Source of the DNA: Candidatus Binatus sp.
GTDB taxonomy: Bacteria > Desulfobacterota > Binatia > Binatales > Binataceae
NCBI RefSeq assembly: GCF_050013435.1
Contig: NZ_JBEKFG010000010.1
Coordinates: forward strand, 8,316-72,315
Direction: 5' to 3'
DNA: 64,000 bases
A program made the translations under genes and the position numbers. Each line of letters opens with the position of its first letter. Position 1 is the stretch's first letter. Below, one piece after another: positions 19,979-28,854 of the stretch. The notes beneath the pieces are model-generated. The model saw only the letters and a list, made by a program, of their open reading frames with translations. It had not been told where the DNA came from and did not search any database.

Positions 19979-21661
19979 TTACTCACAGGCTCCGTCACCG
20001 TGCGCACCTTTCGCAGTGGACGTGCAGGTGCTGGTAGGTACCGGCGTGGGGGTGAACGCCGGCAGCGCAACGCCGGCCGGCAAGTTCATCTTGGCGTGCG
20101 GTCCTGAAATGATCAGGGTCGGGGGAATGTCGCCGCCGCTAGTAGGAAAATCAGTAAACATCAACAGCGAATTGTTGCCGTTGTTTACGACGTACATAGC
20201 GTCGTCGGCCGCGTTGATCGCAATGCCCTCCGGAGCTCTGAGATGCGTGTGTGGGCCTGAAATCGTGCCAAGCAGTTCGCCATCAAAAAAGAAGTTAGTG
20301 TAATCGTAATTCAGGAAAGGATCGAAGATTTGGATGCTGGCCGGGACGTCGGTGCAGGTTCCGGTTCCGCTGCCCGTGCAGCAAGAGTGCGGCGTAGCAG
20401 CGGCGGTGCACATCTGGTTGAGGTCCTTACCCTTTGCGCCACGGTCTGTCACGAACAAGTCGTCATCCGGGTCGACCGCATCAGCTACCGGATCAATCAG
20501 TGCGTCCTGTGTCGGACTGCCTACGCACGTGGCGCCGCACGAACCTATGAGAGAGGTCGGAAATTCATCGCCACCCAGGGGAGTAGCATACACGGTTACG
20601 TAGCGAGGGGCGCACTGGAGGGCCCAGGCGAGGGCGCCGGCGTTGTTCACGACGAACAGGTAGCCATATTGGTCAAACGTGAGGCTTTCCGGACCCGCCA
20701 AGAGAGTGAAGCATCCGCCGATCGTGGAGTTCTGGTCGTAGAGGCCTAAAGTGAGCGGGTTGACTGCGTTCACGACCCATCCGCCCGAGGGAAGCGAGGG
20801 GGCAACGTTGGCGATGCCGGAAGGCAGGGTCCATCTATTGTACATCGTAATCGTGCCCAAGGACGCGCCCGGCCCGACCGGCCCGGTCGAGCACCTTAGG
20901 GGCTCGGTTGTGATTGTGGAGGGCCCTTCCAGGCAGGCGGCCTGGTCGCACTCCCCAGCAGGGCAGTCAGGAGAACCAATTACCTCGGGAAACTGATTCG
21001 CAACCGCCAGCATATCGGTCCCGGGATTTTGCCCATCGTAGGGGCTTTCAAAGGCCGCGCCTCGGGGTAAGAAGACGCCGGTAGTGTTGGGGTAACCGTA
21101 CGCGAAAAGCGGTGAGCAAATTATGTTGTCCGGCAGTGAGTTGCCGTTGGCGCCCGGAGAGAAGAGCTCGACCAAGCCAGTGCCATATAACAACGGGCTC
21201 GTGGTGCCGGGGGCGGGCTGGCCAAACGGACCGCAGAGGGCGGAATCGAGATCGAGAAAATCGATCGGAAGCGTCACCGCGATCTCATTGTCGATCGAGC
21301 TCACTGCGTCTTGAGCCGCCCCGGTGCTGGCGCCCAAATTCGTGTTGGGGCCGTGGACAAATAATTTAGGCCCGGCACTGGCCCCCGCCCCCGCGAGGAA
21401 GGTCTCGAGGCTGCCGTCGAAGACGGCGCCATAACTCGACACGACGACGGTGTCTTCCAGACGCGGTTTGTCGACGCGGGTGAGTTTTTTTGATCCCGCG
21501 TAGCTGGAACCCGCTGTCCCCGCAACGAGCGCAGCGGTGACGAACACCGCGGCCACGAGCGAAAGCCGACGAGCGACCCCCATCAGCTCCAGCGCGCGCG
21601 CGCGCGCCAACGAGATCCCATCCCTGCCCTGAGTCATCGCCTGCATCCTTCCATGCGTCAT
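19979..21661 (-). CDS. Secreted Cys-rich hypothetical protein, beta-propeller/NHL-like repeats suspected
   Basis: 560 aa. N-terminal signal with ARRLSLVAAVFVTAALVAGTAGSSYA (possibly Tat-type RR). Recurrent strand-like motifs LFVVNNAG, LFVTDRGA and YVVNNGNNSLLMF, many Cys residues, and a Thr/Pro-rich C-terminal tail. No confident family assignment. Confidence 0.5.
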   Translation of the reverse strand: MTHGRMQAMTQGRDGISLARARALELMGVARRLSLVAAVFVTAALVAGTAGSSYAGSKKLTRVDKPRLEDTVVVSSYGAVFDGSLETFLAGAGASAGPKLFVHGPNTNLGASTGAAQDAVSSIDNEIAVTLPIDFLDLDSALCGPFGQPAPGTTSPLLYGTGLVELFSPGANGNSLPDNIICSPLFAYGYPNTTGVFLPRGAAFESPYDGQNPGTDMLAVANQFPEVIGSPDCPAGECDQAACLEGPSTITTEPLRCSTGPVGPGASLGTITMYNRWTLPSGIANVAPSLPSGGWVVNAVNPLTLGLYDQNSTIGGCFTLLAGPESLTFDQYGYLFVVNNAGALAWALQCAPRYVTVYATPLGGDEFPTSLIGSCGATCVGSPTQDALIDPVADAVDPDDDLFVTDRGAKGKDLNQMCTAAATPHSCCTGSGTGTCTDVPASIQIFDPFLNYDYTNFFFDGELLGTISGPHTHLRAPEGIAINAADDAMYVVNNGNNSLLMFTDFPTSGGDIPPTLIISGPHAKMNLPAGVALPAFTPTPVPTSTCTSTAKGAHGDGACE

Positions 21662-22102
21662 TGTTTCTAACCCCCGCCGAGTCGAATCGGTGTCCCGTCT
21701 GCTGACCCAATCAGCCTAGAAAACCCACGCAGCCGTCGGTTCGTTCCGATCCTCGCAAAGCCAACGCAAGCCCCGCCAAGGTCCGGAAAACGCCCCGGAC
21801 GCGCATTCGGTGGTCGTACCTACACTGATCGGATGAGAAATTCAAGTCCGGCGTAACCCTTTGTTCATGATCGCAGTTGACGGTCACCCGAGCGATCGAC
21901 TGTGCCAATTGCATCCAAATCGAGACGGAACTTTACTCAATTGCCCCGGAGGGCCGCAAGCGCCGCCCGGGATCCGGATAAGCGGGCATTTGAGCCGGGC
22001 CAGCTGAGGACGGCCAGAGCCGAACAACCGAATCGGGAAACGCAAATACGATGCGGCCCTTAACGGGCTGTTGCGAACATATTACCGGCGCGTGCATCCT
22101 CC

Positions 22103-22131
22103 TTGACAAGGTATGCGGGGGAATGATACCT
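22103..22131 (+). promoter_or_regulatory. Weak promoter candidate for the DUF1302-like gene
   Basis: TTGACA (22103-22108), 17 nt spacer, ATACCT. The -10 match is poor. Confidence 0.2.
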
Positions 22132-22243
22132 AAGCCGCGTTCGCAGATTATTGCGCGCGAACGGGGAATGAGTGTCTGACGCTTGCCTGGTGGACAATCG
22201 GGCGAGGAGTCGTAACCACGAGGGCTCCAGCTTGGGGGTGACT

Positions 22244-24169
22244 ATGCAGAACGGGAATCAGGGATTCGGCGGAACGCGGTGGCGGAGTCTGTTGGTGGCC
22301 GCCGTGGCAGCGATCGGGACACTGTGGGCGTCGTCCGCGATGGCGACGATCACGCAGGGCGATTTTTCAGTTTTTGGATTTTTCGAAACTCGCGATTCGG
22401 GTCAGTGGGGCGAAGGTAGCGCCTCTGAAGACTCGACGCCGACGAAGATCGTTCATGGCGTGCCCGGGACGTACGCGATCCCGGGGCAGTCGTTCGGGAT
22501 GACGGGCGGCAGTTTCGATTTCAATCATTGGGACCTGGCCGAACAGCGCAACCTTGCAGACGTACGGCCCGATTACCACATGATCAAGAACTACAAGCTG
22601 CTTGGCCGCCTCGACACGCTGTATATCAAGGATGCGGACTTCTTCGCGTACTACCGGCCGTGGTACGACTCGTACGGTTCGCTCAAGAACGGTGGCCGGC
22701 AGGAGCCGAACACGGATGTGGTGCCGTACAACACGGGAGGCGGAGGCCCTACGCTGCAGAACGAATACTTCAAGGATGATCTGCGCGAGTATTATGCGCA
22801 GTTGAACTTTACCGACAACTTCTCCGCACGAATCGGCAAGCAGCAGGTCATCTGGACGGAAGCCGACGCGCTGTCAGGCACCGAAGTCACCAACCCGGTT
22901 AATGCGACATGGCACGGAGTTTATGGCGCAGAGTCGCCCGAAGACACGCGCACAAACTTGCGGATGATCAAGCTGAACTACATCCTGCCGGACTTCTACA
23001 AGACGGCGAACAACGAGCTTGAAGGGTTTATCATCCCCGGCGACTTCGAGGGCGCCGGGATCAACGTCCAAACAGACCCGCGCAATCCGTGGGTTGCTCC
23101 GGCCGCACTGTTCGGTGGTTGCCCGGTTTCGACCTGCGGCTTTGGCGCGCCAGACACGCCGTTTCCGTTCAGCATCAACCAGAATGGGCAGCAGAACAAC
23201 GTCAGCGAACTGCCCAACGGCGCCGGATGGAACTTCGCAAAGTCGATGGTCGCCCTGCCCTTCGGCCCCATAATTAAAGGGAAGCAAACGTATTCCTTTT
23301 ACGACGTCGTCATAAAAAATATCAGCCACACCCCATCAAACTCGCTGCAAAACAGCGAATTCGGAGTGCGCTATTCGAGCCTGCTGCCGATTGGCAACGG
23401 ACTCCAGGCCAGCTTCATCTACTTGTACGAATTCCGCGATGCACGCGGTGTGGCTTGCTCGAACTGCAAAGCGAGCATCACGGGCGAACCGGGCGCGTTT
23501 GGGGTAGGCCCCGGCGAGTTCGTCGTTCCCGGGATTTACACCGTCAAGCCGCGTGCGGGGGTGCCCGTGGGCGGGACGTTTGTGGACGTTTCCGAGACCG
23601 ACTATCGGCGCAACAATTTCTTCGGCATGACGGGAACCTATTACGATAAAGACCTGACCGACATCGTGTACCGCTACGACATTCTGTACCAGCCGGACCA
23701 CGCGGTCGGCGTTGCGTCTGCCAAGGACGCTCAAGGCTCGGAATGGACCGAGTTCACACGCTGGGTCCTCGCGGGTGATCGTCCGACGTACATCCCCTGG
23801 ATATCGAAGCAGCACACGTTCCTGACGTTTCAGAACACGCTGACCTGGCAGCCGGATCTTCCCAACCATGCGACGACCATCGTAACCGACGCGGGCAAGA
23901 ACCGCCAAATCAGCGACATAGCGTTCATCGCGGCAACGAACTGGCTGATGAACGGCCAGTTGACGGCCCTCAACACAGTGGTGTGGGACGTCGACGACAA
24001 CGTCGGCGAGCTGGCGACGACCAACGTTTACCGGTATTCACGAAACATTCTGCTCGGGATGAATGCGGAGTGGTTCATCGGACGAAGCGGGCGCTACACG
24101 GATCCGTACCTGCTCAGCCGCGAGCAGCGTTTCAACGAACTCGAGTTCACCTTCACGTACGAAATCTAG
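22244..24169 (+). CDS. Outer-membrane beta-barrel protein, DUF1302-like
   Basis: I chose the ATG at 22244 (gggggtg lies upstream). Signal peptide ...AAIGTLWASSAMA. The motif LREYYAQLNFTDNFSARIGKQQVIWTEADALSG resembles the DUF1302 / alginate-export-type pattern (R.G.Q...WGE.D). The sequence is rich in alternating aromatic/Gly strands. Confidence 0.5.
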   Translation: MQNGNQGFGGTRWRSLLVAAVAAIGTLWASSAMATITQGDFSVFGFFETRDSGQWGEGSASEDSTPTKIVHGVPGTYAIPGQSFGMTGGSFDFNHWDLAEQRNLADVRPDYHMIKNYKLLGRLDTLYIKDADFFAYYRPWYDSYGSLKNGGRQEPNTDVVPYNTGGGGPTLQNEYFKDDLREYYAQLNFTDNFSARIGKQQVIWTEADALSGTEVTNPVNATWHGVYGAESPEDTRTNLRMIKLNYILPDFYKTANNELEGFIIPGDFEGAGINVQTDPRNPWVAPAALFGGCPVSTCGFGAPDTPFPFSINQNGQQNNVSELPNGAGWNFAKSMVALPFGPIIKGKQTYSFYDVVIKNISHTPSNSLQNSEFGVRYSSLLPIGNGLQASFIYLYEFRDARGVACSNCKASITGEPGAFGVGPGEFVVPGIYTVKPRAGVPVGGTFVDVSETDYRRNNFFGMTGTYYDKDLTDIVYRYDILYQPDHAVGVASAKDAQGSEWTEFTRWVLAGDRPTYIPWISKQHTFLTFQNTLTWQPDLPNHATTIVTDAGKNRQISDIAFIAATNWLMNGQLTALNTVVWDVDDNVGELATTNVYRYSRNILLGMNAEWFIGRSGRYTDPYLLSREQRFNELEFTFTYEI

Positions 24170-24189
24170 AAGTCGATTGGACTGATCGG

Positions 24190-24226
24190 GCGGCTGTAGC
24201 ATATGCTACAGCCGCTTTCTTTTTTC
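24190..24226 (+). terminator. Strong intrinsic terminator after the DUF1302-like gene
   Basis: gcggctgtagcat/atgctacagccgc is a perfect 26-nt palindrome (24190-24215), followed by tttctttttt. Confidence 0.8.
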
Positions 24227-24314
24227 CGGCACGATGACGACATTGGGGGGATCAAGCGGGGTGCGACCGCGTTTTTTTTCGCCTCGATCTTCCACGCCGG
24301 CCGCGCATATCGCG

Positions 24315-24830
24315 ATGGACGACAATCCACAGACAGACTGGTACCTGGTGCGCACCAAGATCGGCAAGGAGCGCTGGGTCCGCGATCAACTGGCCAACGC
24401 GGTGCCGGAGGTGTTCCTGCCGATGCTCAAGGCGAAGGCGCCGCGATGGGGACGGATGGCGACGTCGATAGCGCCGCTGTTTCCATGTTACGTGTTCGCC
24501 AGGTTCGACCTTCAGCGGCAGTACTTCGAGGTGAAATATATGGCCGGGGTGCGCGCGATCGTGTCGGCGGGAATCGATCCGCTGGCGGTGCCCGCGGCGA
24601 TAGTCGCGGAGATTCGACGCCGGGGCGTGGACGACGTGATCGAAATAGCCGACAAGCCATTCGGCACGGGCGAGCGGGTGGTCGTCGTTGACGGTCCGTT
24701 CCGGGGATTCGAGGCAATTTTCCAGCGTTATCTCTCCGGCGCGGAGCGAGTGGCGATTCTACTCAGCGCCGTGGAATCGGGCGGGCTGCGCGTAGTGCTG
24801 TCAGCCTCGGCGGTCGCCAAAGATAGCTGA
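24315..24830 (+). CDS. Specialised NusG-family transcription antiterminator paralogue (RfaH/LoaP/UpxY-like)
   Basis: NGN-like WYLVRTKIGKERWVRDQL...VFLPML...LFPCYVFARF and KOW-like GERVVVVDGPFRGFEAIFQ. It is not in a secE-nusG-rplK context and sits at the head of a 40 kb polysaccharide locus. I chose the ATG at 24315. Confidence 0.75.
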   Translation: MDDNPQTDWYLVRTKIGKERWVRDQLANAVPEVFLPMLKAKAPRWGRMATSIAPLFPCYVFARFDLQRQYFEVKYMAGVRAIVSAGIDPLAVPAAIVAEIRRRGVDDVIEIADKPFGTGERVVVVDGPFRGFEAIFQRYLSGAERVAILLSAVESGGLRVVLSASAVAKDS

Positions 24831-24833
24831 CAG

Positions 24834-25400
24834 ATGCGGTCGCCGCGTGCACTCAAAATTATTCGCGCAATGCTGGCGGGCACGGCGCTCGCGTGCGCGG
24901 GCTGTTCCGCCAGTTCGCCGGGATTGGCGATACCTAAAATGCTGGGGCTCGTGGGACCGCCCAACCTGACGTCGTTTCTGGATGTGCGATTCGGCGATTC
25001 GTTCTATCGCGTGCAGAACAGGTTCCCATCCGGTGTGATGGAGACCGCTCCCTACGGCGCCGACACCTACCGATTAAACAATATCGAGGTCGATTCAATC
25101 CGCTACGAGCAGGTGAAGTACGAGTTCACGACCTACTCGGGCATGCAGCTCGTGATGGCGCGGTTCACGCCTGATTCGAGCGGGAAGGTACTCCAGAAGC
25201 TGATCCAGGCCGTCGGTCCGCCCAGCGAGCAAAACAGCTCCAAGGGCAGCGCTCCCGCCGACACGCAGGCGTTCTGGCAGCTTCCGCACGGCGAACGGGT
25301 CGTATTTGATGGTCCGAAGCGATTCGTCGCAATGTTGGGGCCGGGCGGTGGCCCACTCAAGCAAGACGCGATAGAAAACGAAGCACTCGACAGTCCGTAG
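24834..25400 (+). CDS. Hypothetical lipoprotein
   Basis: Lipobox-like AGTALACAGC|S within the first 25 aa. It starts 3 nt after the NusG-like gene. No recognisable domain. Confidence 0.5.
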   Translation: MRSPRALKIIRAMLAGTALACAGCSASSPGLAIPKMLGLVGPPNLTSFLDVRFGDSFYRVQNRFPSGVMETAPYGADTYRLNNIEVDSIRYEQVKYEFTTYSGMQLVMARFTPDSSGKVLQKLIQAVGPPSEQNSSKGSAPADTQAFWQLPHGERVVFDGPKRFVAMLGPGGGPLKQDAIENEALDSP

Positions 25401-25477
25401 GCGCAGATTGTCCGCAAAGGCAGGGCCTTCGCGTACGCATCAAACACGCGTCATCGTGCTTATGAGGATGAAGCTGC

Positions 25478-25507
25478 TTGACGTTCGTTTCATTAGCGTG
25501 TTATAAC
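25478..25507 (+). promoter_or_regulatory. sigma70-like promoter of the export/biosynthesis operon, giving a ~300 nt leader
   Basis: TTGACG (25478-25483), 17 nt spacer, TTATAA/TATAAC (25501-25507), located in a locally AT-rich intergenic region. The Wza-like ATG is at 25808. Confidence 0.5.
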
Positions 25508-25807
25508 GTGCCTTCGGAGTACTCGGCAATATTAAACTAACCAGATTCGACTACTGCGGAGTCACGCGGAGGTCGCCGGGTGTGGTTAAGAATCTGGACG
25601 GGGGGCAGTCCAGTTTTGGCAAATGATGCCCAAGCCTGATAACGCGGGATGGCGGACGCATGCCCAAACGACACACAGATCAAAGCAGAGCCTGCTCGGC
25701 CATAACGAGTTTTGGCCCTTTCATTAGTCGGAAACTTAGCTATCATGACGGGGCTCAGACTCTGGCTGGCACCCGAGGTGGTCGCGTCAACCCTGGGGGG
25801 TCATACG

Positions 25808-28800
25808 ATGCGTAGTACTAATAAACAACGAGTTCTAACAACGCTGCGAAGTCTGACCTTTCTGCTCGCGCTGGGTTTCCTATGCCCCTCCGTCGCAAGC
25901 GCACAAATGGGTAATTCCGGCGGCGGAGGGCTCGTCGGCACAGCGCTCGGGGGCGCCGGCGGCTTGGCCGGCTCCGGCAGCGCGGCAGGCGCGCAGAATG
26001 ACGGCACCGACAGCGACTCCTCGCAGGGGGCATCGAGCAACGCGATGAATCGCGGATGCGTCGCGCCGGGTGACCCAAACGCGGTCAACTCCGGCCTGCC
26101 GTCGTGCGCAAATTCAGATGACAACAGTGATTCCGATCAGGCTGCCCAAGCCGGCCCGTCTACTCTTTCCGGCGGTTCGTCTCTTTCCGGGGGTCCGTCG
26201 GCGATCGGTGGTGGGCAGGGCTTCGGCAGCACGATCAATAAACAATCGATGGCTGCGGTCATCCAGCAGCTTGGAATTTCGTCCGACGAGCTCGGCAGCC
26301 TGAAAAGTGAAATGTCGTCGGGCGGTCTCAGCTCTGACGACATGCAGGAGCTATGTCTGCATTTCGCGGCGAAGCAGCTTGGCGCCGGTGACGTTGCCGG
26401 TATCGCAAAGTCGCTCGGCCTGGCGTTCACCGACCAGCAGATGTCGCAGCTGAAAAGTTGCACCGGGCTTGCGGGGCCAGGCGGATCGGACGAGGGGCCG
26501 TCCGGGGTGCAGATGGGATCGTCGTCGGGGGGAAGTTCGAATCAGCCGGTGTCATCGGTTGAATCGCAATTCCGCTCGCTCGATTCCGCCGCCGCGCTGG
26601 CCGCGCCGAGCACGCGCAATCTGCAGCAATTCGGCTACTCGCTGTTTGCCTCGCGCGTTTCGACCTTCGCTCCGCTGGGCAACGTTCCGGTCAGCGACGA
26701 CTACGTGATCGGTCCCGACGATCAGCTCAAGATGCTGATGTGGGGACGAATCAACAACACGATTAATCTGACCGTCAGCCGCGACGGCGCGGTGAGTATT
26801 CCCGAGATTGGTCCGCTGCAAGTGGCGGGCTTGACCTTCGCGCAGGCCAAGAAGCTCATCGAGGATCGCGCCGGACAAATCACCGGCGTCAAAGTCGACG
26901 TCACGATGGGCAAGCTCAAGACCATCCAGGTGTTCGTGGTCGGCGAAGTCGCGCAGCCCGGCGCCTACACGGTGAGCGCGTTGTCGCACGTATCGAACGC
27001 GCTCGGCGCGGCCGGAGGAATCACCAAAATAGGCAGCCTGCGCAAGGTCGAACTTCGGCGCGGCAATCAGCTCGTCCGCACCATCGATCTTTATAGTTTG
27101 CTGCTCGCCGGCAACGAGCAGGGCGACGAGCAGCTGCAGCCCGGCGACGTGATCTTTGTGCCGGTCATCGGGCCGGTGGTTGGAATGGTCGGCGACGTGA
27201 AGCGTCCCGCCATCTACGAGCTCGGGAGCTCGGGCGAGGCGCTCAGCTCGGTTATCAAGCTCGGCGGCGGGATCAGCGCGTTCGGCTACTCGCAGCGCGT
27301 GCAGGTCGAACGGGTCGCCGAACATCAGAAGCGAATCGCGCTCGACGTTGATTTGAACGACATCCGCTCGCAGCACTTCGACATCCGCGACGGCGATCTG
27401 ATCAAGATTTACCCGGTGCTGCCTGCGCAGCAGGACGTGGTGATTGTACGCGGCAGCGTCAATCGGCCGGGCAAGTTCGAATGGCATCAGGGAATGCGGG
27501 TCGCCGATCTGGTGGGACTCGCCGAAGGCGTCGCGCCGCATACTTTTTTCAAGTACGCGCTGATTCGCCGCAAAGAGGGCAAGGCCAAGACCGTGCGGCT
27601 GGTGCCGGTCGATCTCGGCGAAGCGCTGTCGGCCAATATCGGCGAGCCGCAGAACCTCATGCTCAACCAGGAAGACGAGTTGACCGTGTTCAGCGAATCG
27701 CAAATGAAGTATCTGCCGACCGTGCAGGTCTTCGGCGAGGTGCGCAATCCCGGCTACTACGTGATGAGCGAGGGCATGCACGTGAGCGACCTGCTTTACC
27801 TGGCGGGCGGCCTCAAGGACGACGCCTATCAGCAAGCGGCCGAACTCGCGCGCACCCAGGTGGTCAACGGCAGCCGCACCAGCCACACCTTCATGGATAT
27901 CGATCTGCGCTCGGCCATGTCCGGCACGGACGAGCATAATCCGGTGCTCGAAGCGAACGATCAGCTGTTCGTGCGGCGCGCGTCGGACTGGCATCTGCCA
28001 TGGGTAGTGATGGTTCGCGGAATGGTCGCGCGGCCCGGGCCGTACACGATTCATGATGGCGAAAGAATCGCGTCGGTACTCGAGCGCTCGGGCGGACTGC
28101 TGCCGGACGCCTATCTGCCCGCCACCGTGCTGATTCGACAGTCGATCAGACAGCTTCAGCAACAGCGCCTTGACGAGGCGCGCGCACGATTGCAGCAGTC
28201 GATCGTACGGATTCAGATGAATCCGGGTACGATTAGCCAGATAAGCCAGGCTACCGGCAACATGGCAGCAGCGCAGAATCCCGCCACCAGTCCGACCACG
28301 CTCAACGCGCTCGAGCAGGTGCTGACGGAAACCGAAGGCCAGCAAGCCCAGGGCCGCCTCGTCGTCCATATGCATCCGCTCAACGAGCTGGCCAATTCGC
28401 CGGATAACGTGGTGTTGGTCGATCAGGACCAGCTGACGATTCCGCGCCGTCCGGCGGCGGTGAATGTGCTCGGCCAGGTGTACAGTCCCAACGCGATCGT
28501 ATATCGGCCGGGGCAGACCACGCGCGAATATCTCAATCAGGCGGGCGGCCCCAACGAAGGCGCCGACCCCGACCACATCATGGTTATCAAGGCCGACGGC
28601 TCGGTGATGACCGAAGATGGAATCAAAGCGAGCAAGCAATCCACGATGTTCCCGCTGTTGCCGGTGATATCGGGCGGCCTGATGACGGCGCGGCTCGACC
28701 CCGGCGATACGGTGTACGTTCCTGAGAAACTGATCTACGAGAACAAGATGGCGGAGACAGCGACGGTTACTCAGATCATTGCAAATACCGTGTCGTCGCT

Positions 28801-28834
28801 GGCCGTGATAGGAATATTGGCCGCGAGTCTGTAG
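25808..28834 (+). CDS. Giant Wza/KpsD-like polysaccharide export protein (Poly_export + multiple SLBB domains) with a low-complexity N-terminal extension
   Basis: I chose the ATG at 25808 (gggggg lies upstream). Signal peptide ...FLCPSVASA. A Poly_export-like region (FGYSLFAS...YVIGPDDQLKMLMWG) is followed by repeated SLBB-like units (V.V.G.V..PG.Y......V.D.L..AGG). The C-terminal hydrophobic helix is TVSSLAVIGILAASL. Confidence 0.8.
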   Translation: MRSTNKQRVLTTLRSLTFLLALGFLCPSVASAQMGNSGGGGLVGTALGGAGGLAGSGSAAGAQNDGTDSDSSQGASSNAMNRGCVAPGDPNAVNSGLPSCANSDDNSDSDQAAQAGPSTLSGGSSLSGGPSAIGGGQGFGSTINKQSMAAVIQQLGISSDELGSLKSEMSSGGLSSDDMQELCLHFAAKQLGAGDVAGIAKSLGLAFTDQQMSQLKSCTGLAGPGGSDEGPSGVQMGSSSGGSSNQPVSSVESQFRSLDSAAALAAPSTRNLQQFGYSLFASRVSTFAPLGNVPVSDDYVIGPDDQLKMLMWGRINNTINLTVSRDGAVSIPEIGPLQVAGLTFAQAKKLIEDRAGQITGVKVDVTMGKLKTIQVFVVGEVAQPGAYTVSALSHVSNALGAAGGITKIGSLRKVELRRGNQLVRTIDLYSLLLAGNEQGDEQLQPGDVIFVPVIGPVVGMVGDVKRPAIYELGSSGEALSSVIKLGGGISAFGYSQRVQVERVAEHQKRIALDVDLNDIRSQHFDIRDGDLIKIYPVLPAQQDVVIVRGSVNRPGKFEWHQGMRVADLVGLAEGVAPHTFFKYALIRRKEGKAKTVRLVPVDLGEALSANIGEPQNLMLNQEDELTVFSESQMKYLPTVQVFGEVRNPGYYVMSEGMHVSDLLYLAGGLKDDAYQQAAELARTQVVNGSRTSHTFMDIDLRSAMSGTDEHNPVLEANDQLFVRRASDWHLPWVVMVRGMVARPGPYTIHDGERIASVLERSGGLLPDAYLPATVLIRQSIRQLQQQRLDEARARLQQSIVRIQMNPGTISQISQATGNMAAAQNPATSPTTLNALEQVLTETEGQQAQGRLVVHMHPLNELANSPDNVVLVDQDQLTIPRRPAAVNVLGQVYSPNAIVYRPGQTTREYLNQAGGPNEGADPDHIMVIKADGSVMTEDGIKASKQSTMFPLLPVISGGLMTARLDPGDTVYVPEKLIYENKMAETATVTQIIANTVSSLAVIGILAASL

Positions 28835-28854
28835 GAGTCTGCCAGATACAACCG

